A stretch of DNA of 64,000 nucleotides from Bryobacterales bacterium. Its GTDB lineage: Bacteria; Acidobacteriota; Terriglobia; Bryobacterales; Bryobacteraceae. The DNA lies in NCBI GenBank assembly GCA_963818065.1, contig CAWFQW010000006.1, positions 204,139-268,138 of the forward strand, given 5' to 3'. The position numbers and the translations under genes are program-made. This document shows positions 1 to 8,779 of the stretch, in pieces; the stretch's first letter is position 1; each line of letters opens with the position of its first letter. Under the pieces are notes generated by a model. The model saw only the letters and a program-made list of their open reading frames with translations. It was not told where the DNA came from and ran no database searches.

Positions 1-171
1 TCCCGAAAGCTGGGCGATGATGCGCGGTTCGGCCGTGCCGACGATGGTCTGATCGAGCGCGGCTAACAATACCGCCAGCAGCAGCCCGGTCATGGTCGCA
101 AACATTTGCGGACGCGTGAGCCGGATCAGGCCGGACGTATGGAATTTGGGCTCGACGGCGGAGGCGGCCAT
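1..171 (-). CDS. MFS transporter (DHA2/EmrB-like), first 57 codons only; gene runs off the window start
   Basis: Minus-strand ATG at 171-169. The translation MAASAVEPKFHTSGLIRLTRPQMFATMTGLLLAVLLAALDQTIVGTAEPRIIAQLSG has TM1 plus the LDxTIV motif typical of drug:H+ antiporter MFS N-termini. The frame stays open to position 1. It is absent from the ORF track because it is short and open-ended. Confidence 0.55.
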   Translation of the reverse strand, partial: MAASAVEPKFHTSGLIRLTRPQMFATMTGLLLAVLLAALDQTIVGTAEPRIIAQLSG

Positions 172-208
172 TCCTAATGTTATCCTTTTTGCCGGTGGCT
201 TTCTTGGC

Positions 209-656
209 ATGACGACGGCGGATGCTTACTTACGCGCAGCGATCGAACAAGCTCGCAAGAGCTTGTCTGAAGGCGGTATTCCCATCGGTTCCGTGCTGGT
301 GCATGATGGCAAGATCATCGGCCGGGGGCACAACTGCCGCGTGCAAACCGGCAGCGCGATCGATCACGGCGAGATGAACTGCCTGCAGGAACGCCGGCCG
401 TCTGTCCGCGCAGGTTTACCAAAACAGCACCATCTACTCGACGCTTTCGCCGTGTCCGATGTGCAGCGGCGCCATCGTGCTGTACAAGATTCCGCGCGTG
501 GTGGTCGGCGAGAACCGGACGTTTCTTGGCGCGGAGGATTATATGCGCAGCCAGGGCATTCAAGTGGATGTGATCCAGGATCAGGAGTGCATCCAAATGA
601 TGACCGATTTTATCCGAGCGAGCCCTGCGCTATGGAACGAGGACATTGGAGTTTAG
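209..656 (+). pseudogene. Fcy1-type cytosine deaminase (CMP/dCMP deaminase fold), one frameshift near 388
   Basis: ATG at 209. The N-terminal part lies in ORF 92..661 (GGIPIGSVLVHDGKIIGRGHNC...DHGEMNCLQ, the H-x-E zinc motif). The C-terminal part lies in ORF 459..656 (MCSGAIVLYKIPRVVVGEN...ASPALWNEDIGV). Reading 390-470 in the second frame gives NAGRLSAQVYQNSTIYSTLSPCPMCSG, which restores the PCxxC motif. The product is colinear with yeast-type cytosine deaminase. Confidence 0.8.
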
Positions 657-657
657 G

Positions 658-1143
658 ATGAGCGGAGCAGTGCAAATTTTGAATCGGGCCTTGCTCGACG
701 ATTTGATCGAGCGCGCGCGGCGATCGCCCAGGCTGCGCATCAATCACAACTTCCACGCGTCGATGGAAGAAAACCCGCATCGCTTTCTGAACGTGATGCT
801 GAAGGGGACTTATGTCGCGCCGCATCGTCATCTGGATCCACCGAAAGCCGAATCGTTTGTGATTTTGGAGGGCGAGGTGGCGTTCTTCATCTTCGATGAC
901 TCAGGAAATGTAGTCCGGACGGAAGTGGTGGGCCGCGATCCTTTGGGGATCGACCTTCCAGTCGGCGTCTGGCACACGCTAACGCCGCTGTCGGCGCACG
1001 CCGTCTGTTATGAAGTGAAGCCGGGGCCGTACTCCGCCGCGAACGACAAAGACTTCGCTCCCTGGGCGCCGCGCGAAGGCGATGCAGGCGTGGCGGCGTA
1101 CCTCGAGAGCTTGTTGGCGAGCGTCAAAAACAAATGTGCTTGA
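658..1143 (+). CDS. WbuC-family cupin-fold protein
   Basis: ORF 646..1143; ATG at 658 with GGAG upstream. RLRINHNFH...PHRFLNVMLKGTYVAPHRH...ESFVILEGEVAFFIFDD is typical of the WbuC cupin family. Confidence 0.7.
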   Translation: MSGAVQILNRALLDDLIERARRSPRLRINHNFHASMEENPHRFLNVMLKGTYVAPHRHLDPPKAESFVILEGEVAFFIFDDSGNVVRTEVVGRDPLGIDLPVGVWHTLTPLSAHAVCYEVKPGPYSAANDKDFAPWAPREGDAGVAAYLESLLASVKNKCA

Positions 1144-1902
1144 TCAAATCCACCAGCGCGTGCAGGCCCGCCGATGCGAGGATGCTGGAGCTCTTTTCGA
1201 AAACCTTGCCGTAGGCGATGCCGGCGATGGTCGCAAGAATCATGTAGCGCCAGTTTGGAAGCGGCTGGGGTCCATTGTCGAGATGCGCGCATCCAAAAAT
1301 AAACGCGGCAAGCAGCAGCGTGCGCGTGCTGGTTCCGAACCGTCTGTGCGATGGAATTCTGGATCAGTCCACGGAATAGGATTTCTTCCGGAAGCGCGGT
1401 GGCAGCCAGGATGATCAGATACTGCGATCCAATGTGCGCCGCTGACGGCTGCGCGGGCAGATGAAATGGCGGCAGGAAGCCGATCGCGCGTCCCAGCACG
1501 ATCAACACTGGCGCGCAGGCCGCAAAGCCGATCAGCAGGTTGACGAGATCGCGGCCCGATCGCGGAAGGTTGATTTTCATCCCGGAGAGCCGCCGGAACA
1601 GCAGAAATATCGAGAGGGCGAGCAGAATGGAAACGGCGTAGGCGGCCAGATGCAGCGTGCTTCGCGCCTGCTACGGGAATCCATTGATGACCGACGGAAA
1701 ACTCCAGTGGAAACCACAGCAGCGCGATGATGACGAAATCGAGCCAGGTTGGCGGAGGAGTGTCGCGCGCCAGATACGCTACAGCCGCAGGCAGGAACGT
1801 ATAGGCCAAAATCAGGCCCGCTAACGGAATGCTGAAGGCACTCAGATGAGCCGCCAGTGCCAGGAACGCCGCGGACAATACGGCCGGAATCGCAAACAAC
1901 AA
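1124..1902 (-). pseudogene. CPBP (CAAX) family intramembrane metalloprotease, split over three frames
   Basis: ORF 1240..1902 gives the N-terminal TM helices. ORF 1008..1580 gives the EEILFRGLIQ motif (EExxxR). A third frame across 1124-1330 reads ...EKSSSILASAGLHALVDLIKHICF*, the C-terminal His motif. At least two frameshifts are needed. Confidence 0.65.
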
Positions 1903-1925
1903 GGGGGCCTACTTTTGTTTGAGGC

Positions 1926-3281
1926 TTAAGCGCCTAGAATTTCGATATACCGCGCCACCGCCTCGATGCCACGGAAGAAATTCGGCAGGTACAGTTTTTC
2001 ATTCGGCGCGTGCAGATTGTCGTCCGGCAGGCCGAAGCCCATCATGACGCTTGGAATTCCCAGGTCCTTATCGAAGGCGGCGACAATCGGAATCGAACCG
2101 CCCGAGCGAATGTACACGGTCTCCTTGCCGAACACCTGCTTCATCGCCTCGGCGGCAGCCTGGATGAACCGATTGTCCGGATTCACCAGCGAAGGCGGCG
2201 CTTTGTGGATCAGTTTGTATTCGGCCGTCACGCCTTTGGGACACGCCGCTGCCACGGCCTTCTGCAATTGCTTGGCAGCCTCGTCGGGATTCTGATCGGC
2301 CACCAGCCGCATGCTCAGCTTCGCCACGGCGCGGGCCGGGATCACCGTCTTGGCGCCTTCGCCGATGAATCCGCCGCGAATGCCGTGGACCTCAAGCGTC
2401 GGCCGCGCCCACAATCGCTCGAACAGCGGGATCTCAGGCTCGCCCACCAACTCCTTCACGCCGACTTCATTCTTTGTATAGTCGACCTCATCGAACGGAA
2501 GCCGCGCCCAGGCAGCCCGCTCCTTGGCGCTGGGAGGAACCACGCGATCATAAAATCCCGGAATTTTGATGTGCCCTTCGCGATCCTTCAGCGCAGTCAG
2601 AATCTCGGCCAGCGCCATTATTGGATTCGGCGCCGCCCCGCCATACACACCCGAGTGCAGATCGTGATTCGCGCCTTCCACCACCAGTTCGCCGTAAATG
2701 ATGCCGCGCAATCCCACGCAGATGGTGGGCAGCTCCGGCGCAAACATTTCGGTATCGCAAATCACGGCCGCGTCGGCTTTCAATCGCGCCGGCTTGCTCG
2801 CCACATAGGCTTCGATATGTTCGCCGCCGACTTCTTCTTCGCCTTCAATCAAAAACTTCACGTTGATTGGCAGGCGACCGTGCTGCTTCAGCAGACCCTC
2901 CACTGCTTTGATCAGGATATAAGTTTGCCCCTTATCGTCGGCCGAACCGCGCGCATAGATATTGTTGTTGCGGATGTCGGGCTCAAAGGGCGGCGACTTC
3001 CACTCGTCCAGCGGATCCGGCGGCTGCACGTCATAGTGCCCGTAAAACAGCAGAGTTGGCTTGCCCGCGGCGCCTAGCCATTCAGCATAAACCAGTGGAT
3101 TCCCTTCGCCTTCGATCAACTGTGCCTGCTGTAGGCCTGCCTTCTCGAGTTCACGGCGAACAAAATCGGCCGCGCGCTGGATGTCCGGCTTGTGCTCGGA
3201 AAGCGTGCTGATGCTCGGAATGCGGAGGAAGGTTTTCAGCCCTTCGAGATAACTGTCGTGGTGCTGCTCGTAATAGTTCAT
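1926..3281 (-). CDS. M20 family dipeptidase
   Basis: Intact 451-aa ORF. YGHYDVQPPDPLDEW, RGSADDKGQ and IEGEEEVGG are M20 metal-binding and catalytic motifs. Confidence 0.9.
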   Translation of the reverse strand: MNYYEQHHDSYLEGLKTFLRIPSISTLSEHKPDIQRAADFVRRELEKAGLQQAQLIEGEGNPLVYAEWLGAAGKPTLLFYGHYDVQPPDPLDEWKSPPFEPDIRNNNIYARGSADDKGQTYILIKAVEGLLKQHGRLPINVKFLIEGEEEVGGEHIEAYVASKPARLKADAAVICDTEMFAPELPTICVGLRGIIYGELVVEGANHDLHSGVYGGAAPNPIMALAEILTALKDREGHIKIPGFYDRVVPPSAKERAAWARLPFDEVDYTKNEVGVKELVGEPEIPLFERLWARPTLEVHGIRGGFIGEGAKTVIPARAVAKLSMRLVADQNPDEAAKQLQKAVAAACPKGVTAEYKLIHKAPPSLVNPDNRFIQAAAEAMKQVFGKETVYIRSGGSIPIVAAFDKDLGIPSVMMGFGLPDDNLHAPNEKLYLPNFFRGIEAVARYIEILGA

Positions 3282-3296
3282 TACTTTGCCGTCCGC

Positions 3297-3824
3297 CTAT
3301 TTCGCTACTATGCCGACTTGGCTGACGATGATTCCCAGTTGACGGATATCCGGACCCGTTGGTGGCAGGGTGTGGTCCACGGCGAAATCGATGCGCACGT
3401 CCGAGCCGTCCAGCTTGTCGGCGGGAATGTCGCGCTCGTAGGTGTACGATCCGGCCTTGGCGAATGTTTGTGGAGCGAGCTTTAGGCCCCCGACCGAACA
3501 AGAAAGCTCCACGAATTGCGAATGTTGGATTACCGGGTCCGGCACTGCCAGATGCATGACCAAGTGCCCGCCCCGTTCGGCTGAGTGCGGCGGAGGATTC
3601 AGGGTCACGGCGAATTGCTTGGAGGTCCAGCGCCAGGCGCCATCCTCGATATCGTAAAAGCCCGATGTAAAATGGCTGGCGACGGTCGGATCGCTGGCAA
3701 AGATCGTGCTCGCTATTTCCCCGGGTTTGTGGCGGCGCCGGCAGCCTCCGGACAAAAACAGAACGGGTAGCACTACTGTCAGAATCAAAGTTAAGTAGAT
3801 GGATCGCATGTTTTTGGTGTGCAC
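3297..3824 (-). CDS. hypothetical lipoprotein
   Basis: 175-aa ORF. N-terminal signal peptide with a lipobox-like LSGGC. No family recognised. Confidence 0.55.
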   Translation of the reverse strand: MHTKNMRSIYLTLILTVVLPVLFLSGGCRRRHKPGEIASTIFASDPTVASHFTSGFYDIEDGAWRWTSKQFAVTLNPPPHSAERGGHLVMHLAVPDPVIQHSQFVELSCSVGGLKLAPQTFAKAGSYTYERDIPADKLDGSDVRIDFAVDHTLPPTGPDIRQLGIIVSQVGIVAK

Positions 3825-3843
3825 TATATGGCCGCCCGCGCGC

Positions 3844-5907
3844 TCAGTCTCCGCACTTCTCGACGTCCACCAGACAACTGTAGAACGTTGGGCCGCCGCC
3901 GATGTCGGTGAGCCGGTCGGACGTCAGGGTGTTGATGCTGCGATGGTCGGGCGCGAGCTTGTTCCAGCGGACCGACGGCGCCAGCACAACGCCTGGTCGC
4001 ACCAATCCAGCGGAGGGGCCGTTCACACCGGCCACCAGCGTGCAACTGCCGCGATCGTTAAAGACGCGGACTAGATCGCCGTTGCCGATCCCGCGCGGGC
4101 GCGCGTCGTCGTCGTGCAGGAAGACGGTGGACGTCTGGCTCTGTGCCGGGCTCTCGTTGCCGAAGGTCGAGTTCATGCTGTCGTGGCTCTTGGACGAAAT
4201 CAGCTCCAGCGGAAAGCGCATGCGCAACTCACGGGCGCCCAGCCGCGACTCCACTGGTGGCTGGTAGTCTAACATCTCCGCGCCAAACTCGCATTTGCCG
4301 GAATTCGTGCCAAACCCGCCCTGTGCGAACGGCAAATACGGCTCGGAGCCCGGCGCAACGTTCAACCGTACGGAATGCTCGCGCTCCAGCCGTTCCAGCG
4401 TGATCCCCTGTAAGAACGGATGCCCCGAAGCGAGCAACGTGCGGAGCATGTCGTCTTCGGAATCATGGAAGCAGGCATCGTCGAAGCCCATGCGCTCCGC
4501 CAGCAGCCGGAATACTTCCACGTTCGATTTTGTTTCGCCTGGCGCGGGCAGCGCCGGCCGCGCCAGCTGCAAATGGTAATGCCCGTAGGCCAAATAGAGA
4601 TCGGTATGTTCCAGGAACGTGGTTGCGGGAAGCAAGATATCGGCGTGATCCGCAGTGTCGTTCTGAAACTGTTCCAGCACCACCGTGAACAAATCCTCGC
4701 GCCGCATTCCCGCCAGCACCAGATTCTGATTTGGTGCGATCGATGCCGGATTGGAGTTGTAAACCACCAGCGCTTTTACCGGCGGCGCATCTAATTGCGT
4801 CAGCGCCTTGCCCAACTCGCTCATGTTGACGATGCGCGCTTCGCGGCCAAGCGGCGATCGCTGTTGAAGTTCGGGCATTTCCAATCCGGCCTTATTGAAC
4901 CGAAAGGCTTGACTGGTAGATAGCTGCAGGCCACCGCCCACTTCGCGCCACGATCCAACCAGAGCCGGCAGCGCCGCAATGGCCCGGGTGGCCGCTCCGC
5001 CACGATCGCTCCGCTGGACGCCATAGTTCAGCCGGATCGCGGCCGGTCTTGTCGTCGCGTATTCACGGGCGAGCGTTACGACGTCCTCTCGTGGAATACC
5101 AGTGAACGCTTCCACTCGCTCCGGCGGATATTCGCCCGCCCGCCGGGCCAGCGCATCAAACCCGTTGGTGTAATTCGCCACGTAATCCGCGTCGTGCAGT
5201 TTCTCGCCGATGATCACGTGCATCAGTCCCAGCGCGAGCGCCAGATCGCTGCCCGGATAAATCGCGAAATGCTTGTCCGCCAGCTTGCCGGTCTTATTGC
5301 GAATCGGATCGATGGTGTAAAACCGCGCGCCGTTCCTGCGTGCCTCGACGATGAATGGCCACAGGTGCACATTGGTGGCGAGCACGTTGGCTCCCCAGGC
5401 GATGATCAGCTTGGAGTGGCGAAACTGCTCGGGCTCGGTGCCGTACTTAAAGCCCAGCGTTTCCGTCAAGCCCGCGCCTCCCGCCGATGAACAAATGGTC
5501 CGATCGAGCCGCGAAGCCCCCAGCCGGTGGAAGAACCGCCGGTCCATGCCGCCGCCATTCAGCAATCCCATGGTTCCGGCATAGCTGTAAGGCAGAATCG
5601 CCTCCGGTCCATGGTGGTCCGAAACCTTCTGCAACCGTTCGGCGATGGTATCCAGCGCCTGGTCCCATGAAATCCGCTGGAACTTGCCCTGACCTTTTGC
5701 CCCGACGCGTTTCTGGGGAAAGAGCAGCCGGTCGGGTGAGTACTCCCGATCCAAGTAGCGCGCCACCTTGCCGCATAAAAATCCGCGCGTCACCGGATGT
5801 TCCGGATTTCCGCGTAAACGGCTGCCTTTGTCGTTATCGACATCGATAAGCAGAGAGCAGCAATCGGGACAATCCAGCGCGCAGACGGAATGTCGGACTT
5901 GCGGCAT
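3844..5907 (-). CDS. molybdopterin (bis-MGD) oxidoreductase family protein
   Basis: Intact 687-aa ORF. N-terminal CALDCPDCCS...C 4Fe-4S Mo/W-bisMGD motif, followed by MopB-type domains. Confidence 0.9.
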   Translation of the reverse strand: MPQVRHSVCALDCPDCCSLLIDVDNDKGSRLRGNPEHPVTRGFLCGKVARYLDREYSPDRLLFPQKRVGAKGQGKFQRISWDQALDTIAERLQKVSDHHGPEAILPYSYAGTMGLLNGGGMDRRFFHRLGASRLDRTICSSAGGAGLTETLGFKYGTEPEQFRHSKLIIAWGANVLATNVHLWPFIVEARRNGARFYTIDPIRNKTGKLADKHFAIYPGSDLALALGLMHVIIGEKLHDADYVANYTNGFDALARRAGEYPPERVEAFTGIPREDVVTLAREYATTRPAAIRLNYGVQRSDRGGAATRAIAALPALVGSWREVGGGLQLSTSQAFRFNKAGLEMPELQQRSPLGREARIVNMSELGKALTQLDAPPVKALVVYNSNPASIAPNQNLVLAGMRREDLFTVVLEQFQNDTADHADILLPATTFLEHTDLYLAYGHYHLQLARPALPAPGETKSNVEVFRLLAERMGFDDACFHDSEDDMLRTLLASGHPFLQGITLERLEREHSVRLNVAPGSEPYLPFAQGGFGTNSGKCEFGAEMLDYQPPVESRLGARELRMRFPLELISSKSHDSMNSTFGNESPAQSQTSTVFLHDDDARPRGIGNGDLVRVFNDRGSCTLVAGVNGPSAGLVRPGVVLAPSVRWNKLAPDHRSINTLTSDRLTDIGGGPTFYSCLVDVEKCGD

Positions 5908-6088
5908 GCTTTCAATTATAACGTTCAGCGATTCTACGTCTACCCGCGTCGCTGTAACCTGCGTCTAGCGCGCTACGTCGGTTGTCATATGGCTGGTACT
6001 AAAGGGGCGCTTTCTAAGTGGAATTGGCGATCGCGCGCGTGCCTTTTGGCGTTACAATGTGATTGAGAAGCGTCTGAGGAGTCTGCAT

Positions 6089-6748
6089 ATGCGTTGCCTC
6101 GTTCCCGCGGTCTTGTTGTTGAGCTCCACTGGTCTTGTCTTTGGCCAACACGCAGGCGGGGGCGGCAGCGGTAGCGGGCGGGGTTATTCGCGAGCGTTCG
6201 CTAATCCTGGCCGAGCGGCCCATCCTCTTCACGGCGCCGCGGTGATCGTTCCTTATCCGGTATTCTACGGCGGTTATTATGGCGGAGCCAACGGCTACTA
6301 CGATCCTTCCGCCGCCGGCTACGCACCCGGCTCCGGTTCCGCATATGTTGACGATGGTTCGCAAGCCAACGGCCCCGGAATGCCGTCGGTGGTGATCAAC
6401 CAGAGTTTCGTCCCACAGCAGTCCAATCCTCAGGTTCGCGAATACAACGGCGACCAGCCGCTGCCCCAGGATCAATCCGGCATGAAACTCTACCAGGCGC
6501 CGCCATCGCATCCGTATGCGGACGCGCAACACGCCTCGAACAGCGGCCAACCCACAATCTATCTCCTTGCCTTCCGCGACCATACTATCGTGCAGGCGCT
6601 GGGCTATTGGATGCAGGGCAGCACGTTGCATTACGTCAGCGCTGAGCAGACGCTCAATCAAGTGAGTATCGACTTGGTGGATCGCGATCTGTCACAACGT
6701 TTGAACGACGAGCGCGGGTTGGATTTCCGCCTGCCGCAGCCGAGGTAA
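6089..6748 (+). CDS. secreted Gly/Tyr-rich hypothetical protein
   Basis: ATG at 6089 with GAGGAG 8 nt upstream. Signal peptide MRCLVPAVLLLSSTGLVFG, a low-complexity G/Y/P region, and a structured C-terminal domain. Confidence 0.6.
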   Translation: MRCLVPAVLLLSSTGLVFGQHAGGGGSGSGRGYSRAFANPGRAAHPLHGAAVIVPYPVFYGGYYGGANGYYDPSAAGYAPGSGSAYVDDGSQANGPGMPSVVINQSFVPQQSNPQVREYNGDQPLPQDQSGMKLYQAPPSHPYADAQHASNSGQPTIYLLAFRDHTIVQALGYWMQGSTLHYVSAEQTLNQVSIDLVDRDLSQRLNDERGLDFRLPQPR

Positions 6749-6796
6749 CGAGAACCGCTCACTCAGGCGCGAGGCACAGCTTCCGAGTCGTGATCG

Positions 6797-7183
6797 TCAG
6801 GGAGCGTCTGTAAATACCCGAATGAACTCGGCATCCCCTTCCAGGAAATCGTAATTGCCCAAGCTACCGCGCGCCGCCCACGCAATCTGCTCGAAATCCA
6901 GATTCTTCGGCTCACCCTTGAACCCGGTCACGCGATAAAAAATCAGCAGGATCGGCGGCCGTTCCGGGTATTGGTATTCGTAGCGCATGATCTCGTGGTC
7001 CACCTGCGCTCGGATCGCCAATTCCTCTTCCAGTTCGCGCACCACGGCTTCTTCCGGCGCCTCGCCCGGCTCTACCTTGCCGCCCGGGAACTCCCACTTC
7101 AGCGGATGCTGGCCGGTCCGCTTGCGCTGGGCAATCAGGATGCGACCGTCCTGCTCGATCACCGCCGCCACTACAGTGGTCAT
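6797..7183 (-). CDS. NUDIX hydrolase (MutT-like)
   Basis: Nudix box GGKVEPGEAPEEAVVRELEEELAI. Confidence 0.85.
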   Translation of the reverse strand: MTTVVAAVIEQDGRILIAQRKRTGQHPLKWEFPGGKVEPGEAPEEAVVRELEEELAIRAQVDHEIMRYEYQYPERPPILLIFYRVTGFKGEPKNLDFEQIAWAARGSLGNYDFLEGDAEFIRVFTDAP

Positions 7184-7200
7184 AATGAGAACGAGCCCCC

Positions 7201-7557
7201 TTGTACAGCGAAGCCTTCCTCGATCATTTCAAGAATCCGCGCAATGTGGGTGAACTCGCTCCGCCCGCCCTTACGGTGGAGATCTCAAATCCGGCTTGCG
7301 GCGATATCCTGCGACTTTCGGCGCGGTTCGAAGACGGCCGCGTTGCCGAGGTTCGCTACAAAATCCGCGGCTGTACGGCGTCCATCGCCAGCGGCTCCGC
7401 GCTCACCGAATGGATGCTCGGGAAAACGCGGGCCGAGCTCGCCGGGCTCGACACGGCGGCTATTGAATCTGAGGTCGGCGGCCTGATACAGGAATCCAAG
7501 CACGCCGCAGTGCTGTGCGTGGACGGAGTGAAAGCTCTGCTGCAGGCGAGGCCCTAG
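7201..7557 (+). CDS. NifU N-terminal/IscU-like Fe-S scaffold protein (stand-alone)
   Basis: TTG start. FLDHFKNPRNVG...NPACGD...IRGCTASIAS...HAAVLCV carries the three conserved scaffold cysteines. Confidence 0.8.
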   Translation: MYSEAFLDHFKNPRNVGELAPPALTVEISNPACGDILRLSARFEDGRVAEVRYKIRGCTASIASGSALTEWMLGKTRAELAGLDTAAIESEVGGLIQESKHAAVLCVDGVKALLQARP

Positions 7558-7620
7558 CTGGGCCGTCACGGTACCGCAGGGCTATTGCCGGCCTTCTAAG
7601 TCCGCGCCATTTTCGATGCA

Positions 7621-7869
7621 GTGATAACGTTCGCACTTGTCGGGTTTCTGTTGGGTTCCATCGCGGCCGCCGCGCAAGCCCCCGTGCCATTCAAGGGTAC
7701 GATTTTCAACCTCGGGACCGAACCGGCTCCATACGTCCCGGCAGGCCCGCCGAAGGAGATCGAAGAGACGCCTCCTCCCGCGCCAGGAGTAGCGAAGCCA
7801 GCGTCCAGACCAATGGTGGCTACGGCCGTGCCTGGCGTATCACAAAATATTGACCGCCCGGGCTGCTAG
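7621..7869 (+). CDS. small secreted Pro-rich hypothetical protein
   Basis: GTG start. Plausible signal peptide ITFALVGFLLGSIAAAAQA. The 3' end overlaps the convergent gene by 30 nt. Weak call. Confidence 0.35.
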   Translation: MITFALVGFLLGSIAAAAQAPVPFKGTIFNLGTEPAPYVPAGPPKEIEETPPPAPGVAKPASRPMVATAVPGVSQNIDRPGC

Positions 7870-8538
7870 CAACGCCACCGTCACCAGCGAGATACTGGCC
7901 TGAACCATCATCATCACCTTGGCCCAGCGCGACAACACCGGAACGTCGGTGGGCGAAAACGCCGTGCTGGTGTTGAACGCCAGGAACAGGTAGTCCACAA
8001 ATCCCGGCCGCCAGTTCTTATCGCTGTCCCAGGGGGTAATCATTTGAGGAAAAAGGAACGCCCCGTCGTCGTGCGATTCTCTTCGGTCGCGTTCGTTGGG
8101 GCCGCCTGCGTCCAACCGCCAGTACCATGAAGCGAACACCAGAATATTGGCAACCCAAAGACTCGCGGCGCAGCGCAGAAGCTCTACCGGCGAATCGGCG
8201 TGCGAAGGCAGGCGGTGGATCAACAGACTCAGCGACCCAACCATCGAGGCAGTTATGATGCTCAGTACCAAACGACTGAAAATCCGGTTGAGACGATCTT
8301 TACCGATTTGGTGGGTCACGATAGTCGGTATAAGCAACACCGAAACAATCGCCAATAGCAGCCACTGCTGCCCGAATCGCAGCGGCGCCGGTATGACGAA
8401 ATATAGGCCGCCGGTGGCCAGGAACGCAAGTACCGCCGGCCAGCGAGGTTCGCGTTCCCTGGGTAGGGACCCGGCGGGCGCCCGGGGTAAGGCATTCGCC
8501 TGAGACATATGGGACAATGTACCAAGCCACCTCCCCAT
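7840..8538 (-). CDS. DUF1345 family membrane protein
   Basis: 232-aa ORF with multiple TM helices. The C-terminal YLFLAFNTSTAFSPTDV motif is typical of DUF1345. An alternative start exists at the internal Met (8508). Confidence 0.7.
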   Translation of the reverse strand: MGRWLGTLSHMSQANALPRAPAGSLPREREPRWPAVLAFLATGGLYFVIPAPLRFGQQWLLLAIVSVLLIPTIVTHQIGKDRLNRIFSRLVLSIITASMVGSLSLLIHRLPSHADSPVELLRCAASLWVANILVFASWYWRLDAGGPNERDRRESHDDGAFLFPQMITPWDSDKNWRPGFVDYLFLAFNTSTAFSPTDVPVLSRWAKVMMMVQASISLVTVALLAARAVNIL

Positions 8539-8779
8539 GAAGGTTGTAGTTCAAAGTTCGTCCTTGATCTTTACTGTGCTTTCGATCATCCTGAACGTGC
8601 CGATCACTCGCGTAAAACGAAAGCCGGTGGGGCGGGAAGTGACGCGCACTGAACCGAGTGCCGCGACCGGATAGGGCGTGGCGGCTGAAGCCGACCCGCC
8701 GCGGCGGCCATAATAAATATAGACACCCAGCGTTAGTCGAACGCTGAGCTTGTAGGATTTTTCGATCAGCACGACAGTA

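Noticed and set aside
92-208. N-terminal extension of the cytosine deaminase ORF (MVANICGRV...).
   Set aside because: The extension overlaps the divergent MFS gene start at 171 and has no similarity to deaminase N-termini. ATG 209 aligns with the family's start.
8551-8772. 73-aa minus-strand ORF in the divergent spacer between DUF1345 and the PAS-GGDEF gene.
   Set aside because: It has no SD, no recognisable motif and odd composition. It occupies what should be the promoter region of two divergent genes. It was left unannotated.
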